A stretch of 32,000 nucleotides of DNA from Stygiobacter electus. Lineage in GTDB: Bacteria; Bacteroidota; Ignavibacteria; Ignavibacteriales; Melioribacteraceae. A model generated the notes under the pieces. It did no database searches. It had not been told where the DNA came from and saw nothing but the letters and a program-made list of their open reading frames with translations. The stretch spans positions 53,366-85,365 of the forward strand of contig NZ_JARGDL010000005.1 in assembly GCF_029210465.1 (NCBI RefSeq), read 5' to 3'. This document shows, in pieces, positions 17,453 through 26,403 of the stretch (positions are counted from its first letter, which is position 1; the number at the start of each line of letters is the position of its first letter). The position numbers were made by a program, and so were the translations under genes.

Positions 17453-18739
17453 ATGAGAATGATTCTTTTTGGTTTCACAGTTTTTTTTATAACAATTGTT
17501 CAAGCACAGAATAACCAATCTCTTATAAAAGAAAATGCACCAAATGTTTATATAGACTGCGGTTATTGCGATTATAATTTTATCAAAGAACAAATACCAA
17601 TTGTAAATTTTGTAAGAGATAGAAATGATGCTGACGTTCACATACTTTTCACTTCTCAAACTACAGCTTCAAGCGGGAAAGAATATATTCTTTATTTCAT
17701 TGGACAAAATCTTTTTAAAAATTTAAATGATACAATTAAATATCAAACCTTTAATACAGATTCTGATGATATTTCGAGAAACAAAATGGTTAATAGTTTA
17801 AAGTTAGGATTAATAAATTATATAAAGAAAACCAGCCTTTCGGATTACTTAAGTATAAATTTCAACTTACCTAAAAAGAAAGAAAAAGTAACAGAAGACG
17901 AATGGAATTTTTGGTATTTTACAACGAGTGCAAATACAAATTTTAGCGGTGAAAAGAATTATAAAAATCTTTATTTAAACACATCGATTTCTGCAAGCAG
18001 AGTTACGGAAGATTTAAAATTAAGCTTTAAACTAAGTTCTAATTACAATGAAAATAGATATAATTATTTTGATGGAGTTACAGAAAAAAAATTTTTAAGT
18101 GTAAGAAGAAGTCAAGATTTTTACGCCTTCCTTGTAAAATCAATCGATGAACATTGGTCGTGGGGTGCATGGATTGGCGGTAATTCTTCAACTTATTCTA
18201 ATATCGAGTTTAACTTTTATATTTCTCCAGGAATTGAGTTTAACATTTTCCCTTATTCTCAATCAAATGATAAACAATTAAGAATTGATTACAGAATTAG
18301 AAATTCATTTACAAATTACTCTGAAGAAACTATTTATTTTAAGAAAAAAGAAAATTTATGGAGTCATTCTCTCGAGGCAACACTTTCATTAATTAAACCT
18401 TGGGGAAGTATTAATATTAGTACAGAAGCTGGAAATTATTTACACAATTTAAATTTATTTGAATTAGATATTAATGGATATCTTTCTTTGCGTTTAGTTA
18501 AAGGGTTATCGCTTAATTTATTTGGTGGATATTCTAGAATAAATAATCAACTTTCTTTAAGAAGAGCCGGTGCATCACTTGAAGAAGTTTTAACCCAAAG
18601 AAGACAATTAGAAACTTCCTACAATTATTGGGGTGGAATTGGAATTTCATTTTCTTTCGGCTCTATTTATAATAATATAGTCAATCCAAGATTTGGAAAC
18701 TCTGGTAGCGGTGGAATGACAATTATGTTTTATAATTAA
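17453..18739 (+). CDS. Hypothetical secreted protein, probably an outer-membrane beta-barrel
   Basis: 428 aa with a signal peptide (FTVFFITIVQAQ) and a long alternating aromatic/polar strand pattern. I do not recognise the family. It lies 10 nt downstream of the NTF2-like gene. Confidence 0.5.
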   Translation: MRMILFGFTVFFITIVQAQNNQSLIKENAPNVYIDCGYCDYNFIKEQIPIVNFVRDRNDADVHILFTSQTTASSGKEYILYFIGQNLFKNLNDTIKYQTFNTDSDDISRNKMVNSLKLGLINYIKKTSLSDYLSINFNLPKKKEKVTEDEWNFWYFTTSANTNFSGEKNYKNLYLNTSISASRVTEDLKLSFKLSSNYNENRYNYFDGVTEKKFLSVRRSQDFYAFLVKSIDEHWSWGAWIGGNSSTYSNIEFNFYISPGIEFNIFPYSQSNDKQLRIDYRIRNSFTNYSEETIYFKKKENLWSHSLEATLSLIKPWGSINISTEAGNYLHNLNLFELDINGYLSLRLVKGLSLNLFGGYSRINNQLSLRRAGASLEEVLTQRRQLETSYNYWGGIGISFSFGSIYNNIVNPRFGNSGSGGMTIMFYN

Positions 18740-18892
18740 TTATCATTAAAATAATTAGTGGTTATTATTAGAATAAAAAACCAAACATCTAATTTTTACT
18801 TTAACTTAAAAATGAGATAAAAATTAATCTTTCTGTTTTTAATGTTTGGTATAAGATGTGTTTAATAATTAAATTATTAATTGGAGTGATGA

Positions 18893-19723
18893 ATGAAGAA
18901 TTCACTTGTAATTTTTTTCCTTTCAACAGTTTTTTTCACAACATGTAAGTCACAAACAACAGAACCCAAGAAAGAAGAAATTCCAACTCCAGAAGGTTAT
19001 CAACTTGTATGGAATGACGAGTTTGATTACAATGGTTTACCAAATCCACAAAAATGGGGCTATGATGTTGGCGGCAATGGCTGGGGAAATAATGAACTTC
19101 AATATTATACCGATAAAAGATTAGATAATGCTAAAGTTGAAAATGGAAAATTAATTATCACTACAAAGATGGAAAATTATCAAGGAATGTCTTTTACATC
19201 AGCAAGACTTGTTACAAAAAATCGTGGCGATTGGACTTATGGCAGAATAGAAGTACGCGCAAAACTTCCTTACGGAAAAGGAACATGGCCAGCTATTTGG
19301 ATGCTTCCAACTCAATGGAATTTGGGAAATGGCGGCTGGCCTGATAATGGTGAAATTGATATAATGGAACATGTTGGTTACGATCCCGGCTGGATTCACG
19401 CTTCAACGCATTGCAATAAATATGTTCACACTAAAGGAACTCAAAAGACAGCAAAAATTTATATCAACGATGCAATGTCTCAGTTTCATAATTATATTCT
19501 TGAATGGACAAAAGATGAAATTAAAATGTATGTTGATGATAAACATTATTTTACTTCTTACAACGAAGGAAAAGGTTGGGAATATTGGCCTTTCTTTAAA
19601 GACTTTCATTTAATCTTAAATATTGCTGTTGGTGGAAATTGGGGTGGCGTTCAAGGAATTGATACAAGTATTTTTCCACAAAAGATGGAAATTGAATACG
19701 TGCGTGTTTATAAAAAATTATAG
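18893..19723 (+). CDS. Glycoside hydrolase family 16 (laminarinase / beta-glucanase type)
   Basis: It has the catalytic motif GEIDIMEH (ExDxxE), WPAIWMLP and a signal or lipoprotein leader (FFTTC). Confidence 0.88.
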   Translation: MKNSLVIFFLSTVFFTTCKSQTTEPKKEEIPTPEGYQLVWNDEFDYNGLPNPQKWGYDVGGNGWGNNELQYYTDKRLDNAKVENGKLIITTKMENYQGMSFTSARLVTKNRGDWTYGRIEVRAKLPYGKGTWPAIWMLPTQWNLGNGGWPDNGEIDIMEHVGYDPGWIHASTHCNKYVHTKGTQKTAKIYINDAMSQFHNYILEWTKDEIKMYVDDKHYFTSYNEGKGWEYWPFFKDFHLILNIAVGGNWGGVQGIDTSIFPQKMEIEYVRVYKKL

Positions 19724-19731
19724 ATTATGGA

Positions 19732-21843
19732 ATGAAAAAGTTTTGTTTGCTGTTTTTGTTGCTTTCAATTAACCTTTTTGCTCAAACAAATTTAACTTCA
19801 TCTAATTTACCGATTATAATAATTGATACAAATGGACAAGCCATTCCTGATGAACCCAAAATTACAGCTTCAATGAAAATAATTGATAAAGGAAATGGTG
19901 AAAGAAATTATGTAACAGATCCTGCTAATGTTTATGATGGAAAAATCGGAATTGAAATTCGTGGTCATTCTACTCAAATGTTCCCTAAAAAACAATATGG
20001 AATTGAATTACGTGATAATTCAGGCAATGATATTAATGCGGCAATTTTAGGTTTTCCTGCAGAAAGTGATTTTGTTTTTAATGCAACATACACAGATAAA
20101 TCTCTTTTAAGAAATGTTATTGCATATAAACTTGGAAATGATTTAGGCAGATACGCAACTCGCACAAAATTTTTTGAGTTAATTATTAACAATGATTACA
20201 AAGGAATTTATATTCTTCAAGAAAAAATTAAAAGAGATAAAAACAGAGTTAACATAAAAAAATGTGAAGCGGCAGATACAACAGGTGATGCTGTAACTGG
20301 TGGATATTTAATTAAGATTGATAGAATTGATCCAGGTGATAAATATTTTAATTCTGAATATCCATCAGTTTTTCCAAACACGCCTTCAAAACCATCGCCG
20401 ATTAGTTACATTATTGAATATCCAAAAGCAGAAAATATTCAACCAGCACAATATAATTACATTAAAAATTTCATTAATGATTTTGAAACAACTTTAACAA
20501 AGTCAACTTTCAACGATCCATTTGATGGATATTATAATTTCATTGATATAGATGCATGGGTGGATTATTTTCTTGTGAGTGAATTTACAAAAACAACGGA
20601 TGCTTATCGTTTAAGTGCTTACCTTTATAAAGATAGAAACAGTGTAAATGGAAAATTAATTTTTGGTCCTCTTTGGGATTATGATTTGTCTTTTGGACTT
20701 GCAGATTATGGTGACAGCTGGAAAGAAAATGGCTGGGTCGCACAAAATATTCCAAATGAAGGTATTTGGAATCCACCATTTTGGATAAGAAAAATTTTTA
20801 ATGATCCTGTTTTTTTTAATAAACTTGCTCATCGCTGGCATAAATTAAAACAACAATCTATAAATCCATTTGATCCTGAAAATTTAGTAAAGTTTATTGA
20901 TGCAAATAATCTTTTACTTGCAGAAGCAATAAACAGAAATTTTTCGCGCTGGCCTGAATTGTTTGATCCGAATATTTATATCTGGCCAAACAAAAATAGA
21001 TTTACAAATTACAAAGATGAACTTCTGTATCTAAAAAGTTGGATTGTAAAAAGATTCAATTGGATGAATGCAAATCTTCCGGAAGATTATTCATACATAG
21101 AATGGAAACAACCAGGCAAACGTTGGTTGATTTATCAAATAGGAAATACTACAAAACTTCCACTTTCAATTTTTTATGGTGAAATTAAAAATGTAACTTC
21201 ACTTCAGTTTATTAGCAAAGATCCCAATGTAAATTTTTCTGTTCTTGGTGATTCATTAATAATTTCAGCTTCAAAACTTGGTGAATTTTCTTTTAAGGGT
21301 GTTGTAAAAAAGAATAATGTTGTTGTTTCAATTTCACCAGAGTATAAAATAAATCTTGCAACAAACATTGAAGAAGAAAATAATTTACCTACGCAGTTTG
21401 AATTATATCAAAACTATCCAAATCCATTTTCCGCTAGTAGTGGGAAATCAAGCACGACTATAAAATACACAATACCGTCTGTCATCCTTCGACAGGCTCA
21501 GGATGACAATAGACAGTCCCGACAAAATCGGGATCAGGACGACAATGTCATGGTGAGCCTGCCTGACCGGCAGACAGGCTTGTCGAACCATGACGTCACC
21601 AATCGAAATGTTCAGGATGACAATGTCACTTCGAGTTTATCGAGAAGTGTGCTGCATGTAACACTCAAAGTCTATGATATATTGGGTCGAGAAGTAGCAA
21701 CACTTGTAAACGAATATCAAAAACCGGGAATATATAGTACTGAGTTCAGAGCTCAGAGTTCTGAGTTATCAAGCGGAATTTATTTTTATAAACTTCAGGC
21801 AGGAGAATTCAGTCAGACGAAGAAATTATTGCTGATGAAATAA
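19732..21843 (+). CDS. CotH-family protein with a type-A T9SS C-terminal sorting domain
   Basis: CotH blocks are present: LPIIIIDTNG, KKQYGIELRD and LRNVIAYKLGNDLGRYATRTKFFELIINNDYKGIYILQEKIKRDKNR. The tail reads YQNYPNPF...KYTIPSV[60-codon insert]VTLKVYDILGREVATLVN...GIYFYKLQAGEFSQTKKLLLMK. Confidence 0.88.
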   Translation: MKKFCLLFLLLSINLFAQTNLTSSNLPIIIIDTNGQAIPDEPKITASMKIIDKGNGERNYVTDPANVYDGKIGIEIRGHSTQMFPKKQYGIELRDNSGNDINAAILGFPAESDFVFNATYTDKSLLRNVIAYKLGNDLGRYATRTKFFELIINNDYKGIYILQEKIKRDKNRVNIKKCEAADTTGDAVTGGYLIKIDRIDPGDKYFNSEYPSVFPNTPSKPSPISYIIEYPKAENIQPAQYNYIKNFINDFETTLTKSTFNDPFDGYYNFIDIDAWVDYFLVSEFTKTTDAYRLSAYLYKDRNSVNGKLIFGPLWDYDLSFGLADYGDSWKENGWVAQNIPNEGIWNPPFWIRKIFNDPVFFNKLAHRWHKLKQQSINPFDPENLVKFIDANNLLLAEAINRNFSRWPELFDPNIYIWPNKNRFTNYKDELLYLKSWIVKRFNWMNANLPEDYSYIEWKQPGKRWLIYQIGNTTKLPLSIFYGEIKNVTSLQFISKDPNVNFSVLGDSLIISASKLGEFSFKGVVKKNNVVVSISPEYKINLATNIEEENNLPTQFELYQNYPNPFSASSGKSSTTIKYTIPSVILRQAQDDNRQSRQNRDQDDNVMVSLPDRQTGLSNHDVTNRNVQDDNVTSSLSRSVLHVTLKVYDILGREVATLVNEYQKPGIYSTEFRAQSSELSSGIYFYKLQAGEFSQTKKLLLMK
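21478..21657. repeat. Composite of GC-rich hairpin elements inserted in frame in the CotH T9SS domain
   Basis: Hairpins: gtcatcc/ggatgac (21481-21507); tcccga/tcggga (21517-21533); gtcatgg...ccatgac (21547-21594), which encloses agcctgcctg/cagacaggct; and cacttcgag/cgagaagtg (21628-21649). There are three copies of caggaYgacaatRt. No stop occurs in the gene frame. Confidence 0.85.
21698..21843 (+). repeat. 146-bp direct repeat, copy 1 (3' end of the CotH gene)
   Basis: It matches 22682-22827 at 145 of 146 positions. The single difference (ttt versus ttc) is synonymous. Confidence 0.95.
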
Positions 21844-21940
21844 CACCATTACTCCTTAATAAATGAAACTTTATGATGAGAAGAATTGTTAGATAAATAA
21901 ACAGACGGTTTATGTTTTAATAATATAGAAGGGTAATAAA

Positions 21941-22324
21941 ATGGATAACCAAATAAATTATTTTCGAAAGATAATTCCATTAGTTGTTCTTATTTTAGCA
22001 ATTGGAATGACTGGTTGTTACAAAAATGATTATGGTACAGATAATTCCGGCACACCCATTCAAAACGAAGTATGGCTTCAAAATATTTCATTTAATCCTG
22101 CAACAATAAATGTTAGTGTAGGTGCAAAAGTCACTTGGACTAACAAAGATAATACAATTCATACGGTAACAAGTGGTACTCCTGGTTCACCTAATGGTAT
22201 ATTTGATTCCGGCGATATTGGCAAGGGAGGAACCTTCACCTATACATTTAATACAAAAGGAACATTTAACTATTACTGCAAACCTCATTCCAGCAGCATG
22301 AGGGGGACAGTGATTGTGCAATAA
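21941..22324 (+). CDS. Cupredoxin (plastocyanin/pseudoazurin-like) lipoprotein
   Basis: It has a lipobox (IGMTGC), HTVTSG and the C-terminal type-1 copper ligand pattern YYCKPHSSSMRGTVIV. Confidence 0.8.
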   Translation: MDNQINYFRKIIPLVVLILAIGMTGCYKNDYGTDNSGTPIQNEVWLQNISFNPATINVSVGAKVTWTNKDNTIHTVTSGTPGSPNGIFDSGDIGKGGTFTYTFNTKGTFNYYCKPHSSSMRGTVIVQ

Positions 22325-22623
22325 ATAGAAAATAAAAATTTTAAGATAATTTCTTTAACAATGCATCAGTATTTTAAAATTATGATAGTGATTATATAAA
22401 CGAAATGTTCTAACTGTAAAAATAAATTAATGACTCTAAGAAATTATGAACAGTGTCATGGCAATCCCAATGATTTCAGAGAAGTATTTTTGATTTTAAA
22501 ATATCTAATGACTTTCAGGACATCCAATATTATCCTAATTATCCCAAGCCGGTTTCCGCCAGAAGTGGATCCGCCTTTGGCGAAAATCTAACAACGACGA
22601 TAAAATATTCAATACCTATGGGT

Positions 22624-22651
22624 GTAGAGATGTCATATATGACGTCTCTAC
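22624..22651. repeat. 28-bp GTAG...CTAC palindrome (one mismatch) inside the orphan T9SS domain
   Basis: gtagagatgtcatatatgacgtctctac encodes VEMSYMTSL between SIP and QIYD. Confidence 0.9.
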
Positions 22652-22681
22652 AGATTTATGATGTACTTGGAAAAGAAGTTA

Positions 22682-22827
22682 CAACACTTGTAAACGAATA
22701 TCAAAAACCGGGAATATATAGTACTGAGTTCAGAGCTCAGAGTTCTGAGTTATCAAGCGGAATTTATTTCTATAAACTTCAGGCAGGAGAATTCAGTCAG
22801 ACGAAGAAATTATTGCTGATGAAATAA
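22682..22827 (+). repeat. 146-bp direct repeat, copy 2 (3' end of the orphan T9SS domain)
   Basis: See 21698-21843. Confidence 0.95.
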
Positions 22828-22977
22828 TTTTTTTACTGGAACTGTCAAAAAAGATTTTTTAATAAATCACATGATGAAAATTATAAAGTACTTTTTCGAC
22901 AGTTCCAAAATTATGATAAAAATTTTATTGCCAAGCTAATAATTATAATACAGCAAGCAATTTTCAAACTAAACTGA

Positions 22978-23427
22978 TTATTTTATTACCGCACCAAGTC
23001 CTTTTATTTGATATGTCTTTTTAGTCTCTTTACTGCAACAAGAATCTTTTTCTTCATTATCATTATGTTTTTCTTCTTTCATTTCATTTTCAGTGCATTT
23101 ATCATTTTTAACTTCTTCTAAAACGCCTTCAATTAATGCTGTTTTTCCTTTTGAATCTTTTGGAAAAACAATTTCTCCATCATTTACTTTTACTTTTATT
23201 TTTTCATCATCTTTATTTCCAGCAAGTTCAATCCAACATCCAGCTTCTTGGCAAACGTCAAGAATTTTTCCTTCTACTAAAACTTGCTTGCCTTCAAATT
23301 TTTCTGGTGAATTTAATATAGTAGAAATTGCTGTTTTATTCTTAAGAGATATTTCTTTCCCCAATTTATCATCTTTTGCGAAAGAAACAGTTGAAATTAT
23401 TAAAAATGCTAATATTACGTTTTTCAT
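22978..23427 (-). CDS. DUF4920-like secreted protein
   Basis: It has a signal peptide, the VEGKILDVCQEAGCWIEL motif and a later IVFPKDSKGKTALIEG segment, which matches the DUF4920 pattern as I remember it. Confidence 0.55.
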   Translation of the reverse strand: MKNVILAFLIISTVSFAKDDKLGKEISLKNKTAISTILNSPEKFEGKQVLVEGKILDVCQEAGCWIELAGNKDDEKIKVKVNDGEIVFPKDSKGKTALIEGVLEEVKNDKCTENEMKEEKHNDNEEKDSCCSKETKKTYQIKGLGAVIK

Positions 23428-23734
23428 TTTTTCTCCTTTAATTTTATGATAAGTAAAGATAATGATAAGAGTAGCTGTAAATCAAGATTAGTAATCTTAT
23501 TATCTTGTTTTATTGAATTGTGATATTTTTCAAAAATTTTCTGATTAATTTGAAATAACATAAAAATTATTTTTGTACAAAGAAGAATTATTGAAATCCT
23601 CATTCTTTGTTTCTATGTTTTATCAAAAAAGACTTGTAATATCACTAAATGTAGTTTATAAAATGAAATAGAAATCCTTAGTAAATAAATGTTAATTTTA
23701 TTATTATAAAACTAAAAAATTGATGTAATATAAA

Positions 23735-24118
23735 ATGGGTTCACAACAAATTTTATTAATAGCACTTGGAATAATTTTAGTTGCCCTTACCATTTTTGCT
23801 GGTTATGGTATCGCTAAAGATTATCTCGAAAACACAAATCGTGAACAACTAATTTCTACAATTTACGATATAGGATTATTGGCTCAACAATATTCAAAAA
23901 AAGATGTTAAAGCTGGTGGCGGTGGAGGTACTTTTAACGGTTGGATAATTCCAGCACAACTTCGTTCAACTGAATCGGGGACTTTTAATGCTTTTGTATC
24001 TCAGGATAAAGTTAATCTTACTGCAGTTGGAAAAGAAATTGGAATGAACGGAATTACTAATGTTCGTGTAAATGCAATTGTTGATGTCAATGAAATAAAA
24101 ATTATAGTAGTTAATTAA
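23735..24118 (+). CDS. Small N-terminally membrane-anchored hypothetical protein
   Basis: 127 aa. A single N-terminal hydrophobic helix (ILLIALGIILVALTIFAGYGIA) is followed by an amphipathic helix and a GGGGG linker. Its end lies 1 nt before the sigma gene. Confidence 0.55.
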   Translation: MGSQQILLIALGIILVALTIFAGYGIAKDYLENTNREQLISTIYDIGLLAQQYSKKDVKAGGGGGTFNGWIIPAQLRSTESGTFNAFVSQDKVNLTAVGKEIGMNGITNVRVNAIVDVNEIKIIVVN

Positions 24119-24119
24119 T

Positions 24120-24629
24120 ATGCCTCAAGAAAACACAACATATTTAAATTATTTAATTGAAATTTCTAAAAGCGGAAGGCAACGTGGTTTTCTTGACCTT
24201 TGCCAAATTACTTTGCCAAATGTTTATACAACTGTTTTCAGACTTATGAACAATATTGAAAGCACCAAAAGAGTAACAATTAAAACTTATTTGATTGCTT
24301 GGAAAGAAATAAAATCATTCGATGAAAAACAACCTTTGATTATTTGGCTTAAAAATATTGCAATAAATTTAGCGATGGAAGAATTATCAGTCCGACATTT
24401 TGTTACTCAAAAAGTTATTGAAGATGAAGATAAATTAAGCGATGTTGAAAAACTTGAAATTGCAATTCAAAATTTACCATTTGAAGAAAGAATAATTTTT
24501 GTTCTTCATGATTTAGAAGGATTTAATTTTCATGAAATAAAAAATTTAATCTCTGAATATTTGATTGACGAAATAAAAACAATTTTAGCAAACGCAAGAA
24601 AGTTATTGATTGAAAAGTTGAACTTATGA
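24120..24629 (+). CDS. Divergent ECF-type RNA polymerase sigma factor
   Basis: It has a region-2-like segment (IIWLKNIAINLAMEEL) and a region-4-like segment (LPFEERIIFVLHDLEGFNFHEIKNL...ANARKLLIEKL). Its stop overlaps the anti-sigma start (ATGA at 24626). Confidence 0.7.
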   Translation: MPQENTTYLNYLIEISKSGRQRGFLDLCQITLPNVYTTVFRLMNNIESTKRVTIKTYLIAWKEIKSFDEKQPLIIWLKNIAINLAMEELSVRHFVTQKVIEDEDKLSDVEKLEIAIQNLPFEERIIFVLHDLEGFNFHEIKNLISEYLIDEIKTILANARKLLIEKLNL

Positions 24630-25831
24630 ATTGCGAAGAAGTAAAAATATTTCTTAATGATTATATCGATGAAGAACTTGATGAAGTAACTCGTCATGAA
24701 GTTGAATATCATATTCGCAATTGTGATTCTTGTATAAAAGATTATAAAAAATTCATGCTCTTTTTTGAAAGACTGAAAGATCTTCCTATTGCAATTAATC
24801 CTCCAACGGATTTAATTGATAAAATTAAAGATGAATTATTAAAAGAAAGTGGTGTGAAAAGTCAAACTGATTTAAAGCTTTCAAGATTAGAAACAAAAAA
24901 AATTCTGAAAGAAAGAAAAAGACAAACCCAGTCATTAAGCAAAATAAATCCCGTTGTTAAAAAAAGTAAAGCAACGAAACAACTTGCTAAAAAAAGATTA
25001 CATATTGATACTGCATCTTCAACAAAAAATTTTTTAAAATTTGTATTACCACTTTTGTTATTAGTAATAGGTTATATTATTTATGATCAATCAAGAATTA
25101 ATCATCCTTGGCAAGTTATTGCTTTAGAAGGAACGATTAGAATTGATAATAAAGCAAATGAAACTAAATGGTTCAAAGGATCAACTTTAAAAACGGATGA
25201 AAATTCAAAAGCGAAAATTTTAGTGCCTTCTGTTGGTGTGGTTTATGTTGAAGCCAATTCAAATATTGAACTTGAAACTGCTAAAAAAGGAAATAATGAA
25301 ATAAAGATTAACGACGGTAAATTAAAAGTTTTAAATACTGAATTAATTCCATCTTTAAAATTGCTAATAAATAATATTGAAATAATTGACAGATCAGGTG
25401 AGTTTGAAACTGCAGTTGATGTTTATAAAAATATTGAAGTAGATGTTAAAAGTGGATTCGTTGAAATAATTCATAATGATAAAAAATATTTAGTTGATAA
25501 AAATTATACATGCAAAATTCAAAGAGGAATGAAACCAGGCATACCAATTAGAAAAGATGCATCTGATTCATTGAAACTGGCAGTTGATTGGTTTGAGTTT
25601 AGAAATGGTGGTAATCAAGCTGTTGAAAAAATTATTAATTTTTCCCGACAAAGTGATATGTTAACTTTACTTGCACTTATTCCAAGAGTAAATCAACTTC
25701 AAAGACAAATTATATTTCAAATAATAAGCAATTATTTTCCACCACCGGAAACAATTACTCGTGCTGGAATAATTAGACTTGATGAAGAAATGCTTTATCG
25801 TTGGTGGGAAGAAATTGAATGGCAAATTTAA
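24626..25831 (+). CDS. Anti-sigma factor (zf-HC2 N-terminus, one TM, FecR-like extracytoplasmic domain)
   Basis: CEEVKIFLNDYIDEELD...HIRNCDSCIKDY is the H-x3-C-x2-C motif. It has a TM segment (FLKFVLPLLLLVIGYIIY) and a beta-rich C-terminal half. Confidence 0.75.
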   Translation: MNCEEVKIFLNDYIDEELDEVTRHEVEYHIRNCDSCIKDYKKFMLFFERLKDLPIAINPPTDLIDKIKDELLKESGVKSQTDLKLSRLETKKILKERKRQTQSLSKINPVVKKSKATKQLAKKRLHIDTASSTKNFLKFVLPLLLLVIGYIIYDQSRINHPWQVIALEGTIRIDNKANETKWFKGSTLKTDENSKAKILVPSVGVVYVEANSNIELETAKKGNNEIKINDGKLKVLNTELIPSLKLLINNIEIIDRSGEFETAVDVYKNIEVDVKSGFVEIIHNDKKYLVDKNYTCKIQRGMKPGIPIRKDASDSLKLAVDWFEFRNGGNQAVEKIINFSRQSDMLTLLALIPRVNQLQRQIIFQIISNYFPPPETITRAGIIRLDEEMLYRWWEEIEWQI

Positions 25832-25908
25832 TTATGATGATTAAGTATTAAAAAATCAGTTTAATCCGCTGAATCAGTAAGTTGCATCAGATACATAACA
25901 TTTACATT

Positions 25909-26403
25909 TTATTTCTCATCATAAGTAAAGGTTGGCGCCGATAAATATCTAAAAATTTTCCACATTTTGTTTTTATCTTTTTTCAAAATTCGAATACTTC
26001 TTTCAGAATAAGTTGGTTCTAATTTATTTGTTAAAGGATCCGGTTGCATAAAAGATCCGCTTGAGATTACAATAGCATAACCATCTGCAATGGTTATTTC
26101 TTCAATTTTATTTTCCCATTTCCCTTTTGGATATTGACGGTAGTATTGAAGTAAATCCTCTTTTGCATTTTCATACCCGATAACATCCAATGAATCAGTT
26201 GCAATTACTTTATAATCATTATCAAAATATTCTGCAGCGGTTTCAATATCGCCAGCATTATATGCGGCGAAATAGTTTTCAATTAATTCTCTAACTGCGG
26301 CTTCATCAATTGATTTGACGTTTCTTTTTTCTGTTTCAGGAACTTCTTTTGTGCAAGAAAAAAGTATTAGAAAAACAAAAAAGTAAAGTATATAATTTTT
26401 CAT
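25909..26403 (-). CDS. NTF2/SnoaL-like (DUF4440-type) lipoprotein
   Basis: The tracked start at 26418 is TTG. The ATG at 26403 gives MKNYILYFFVFLILFSC (lipobox). AAVRELIENYFAAYNAGDIETAAEYF and a WKIFRYLS C-terminus are typical of the fold. Confidence 0.6.
   Translation of the reverse strand: MKNYILYFFVFLILFSCTKEVPETEKRNVKSIDEAAVRELIENYFAAYNAGDIETAAEYFDNDYKVIATDSLDVIGYENAKEDLLQYYRQYPKGKWENKIEEITIADGYAIVISSGSFMQPDPLTNKLEPTYSERSIRILKKDKNKMWKIFRYLSAPTFTYDEK

Larger units (their letters stand above)
22474..22827 (+). pseudogene. Orphan T9SS C-terminal sorting domain with no catalytic body (gene remnant)
   Basis: The frame is open only from the stop at 22471-22473. It encodes ...DIQYYPNYPKPVSARSGSAFGENLTTTIKYSIPMGVEMSYMTSLQIYDVLGKEV...LLLMK. 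Upstream DNA (22325-22470) is closed in all frames. The tracked ORF 22618..22827 is just the Met-initiated tail. Confidence 0.65.

Noticed and set aside
19199-20841. Tracked small ORFs on both strands within the GH16 and CotH genes
   Set aside because: They are embedded in or antisense to well-supported genes and have no motifs.
23093-23449. Two tracked plus-strand ORFs opposite the DUF4920 gene
   Set aside because: They are antisense shadow ORFs rich in serine, phenylalanine and leucine.
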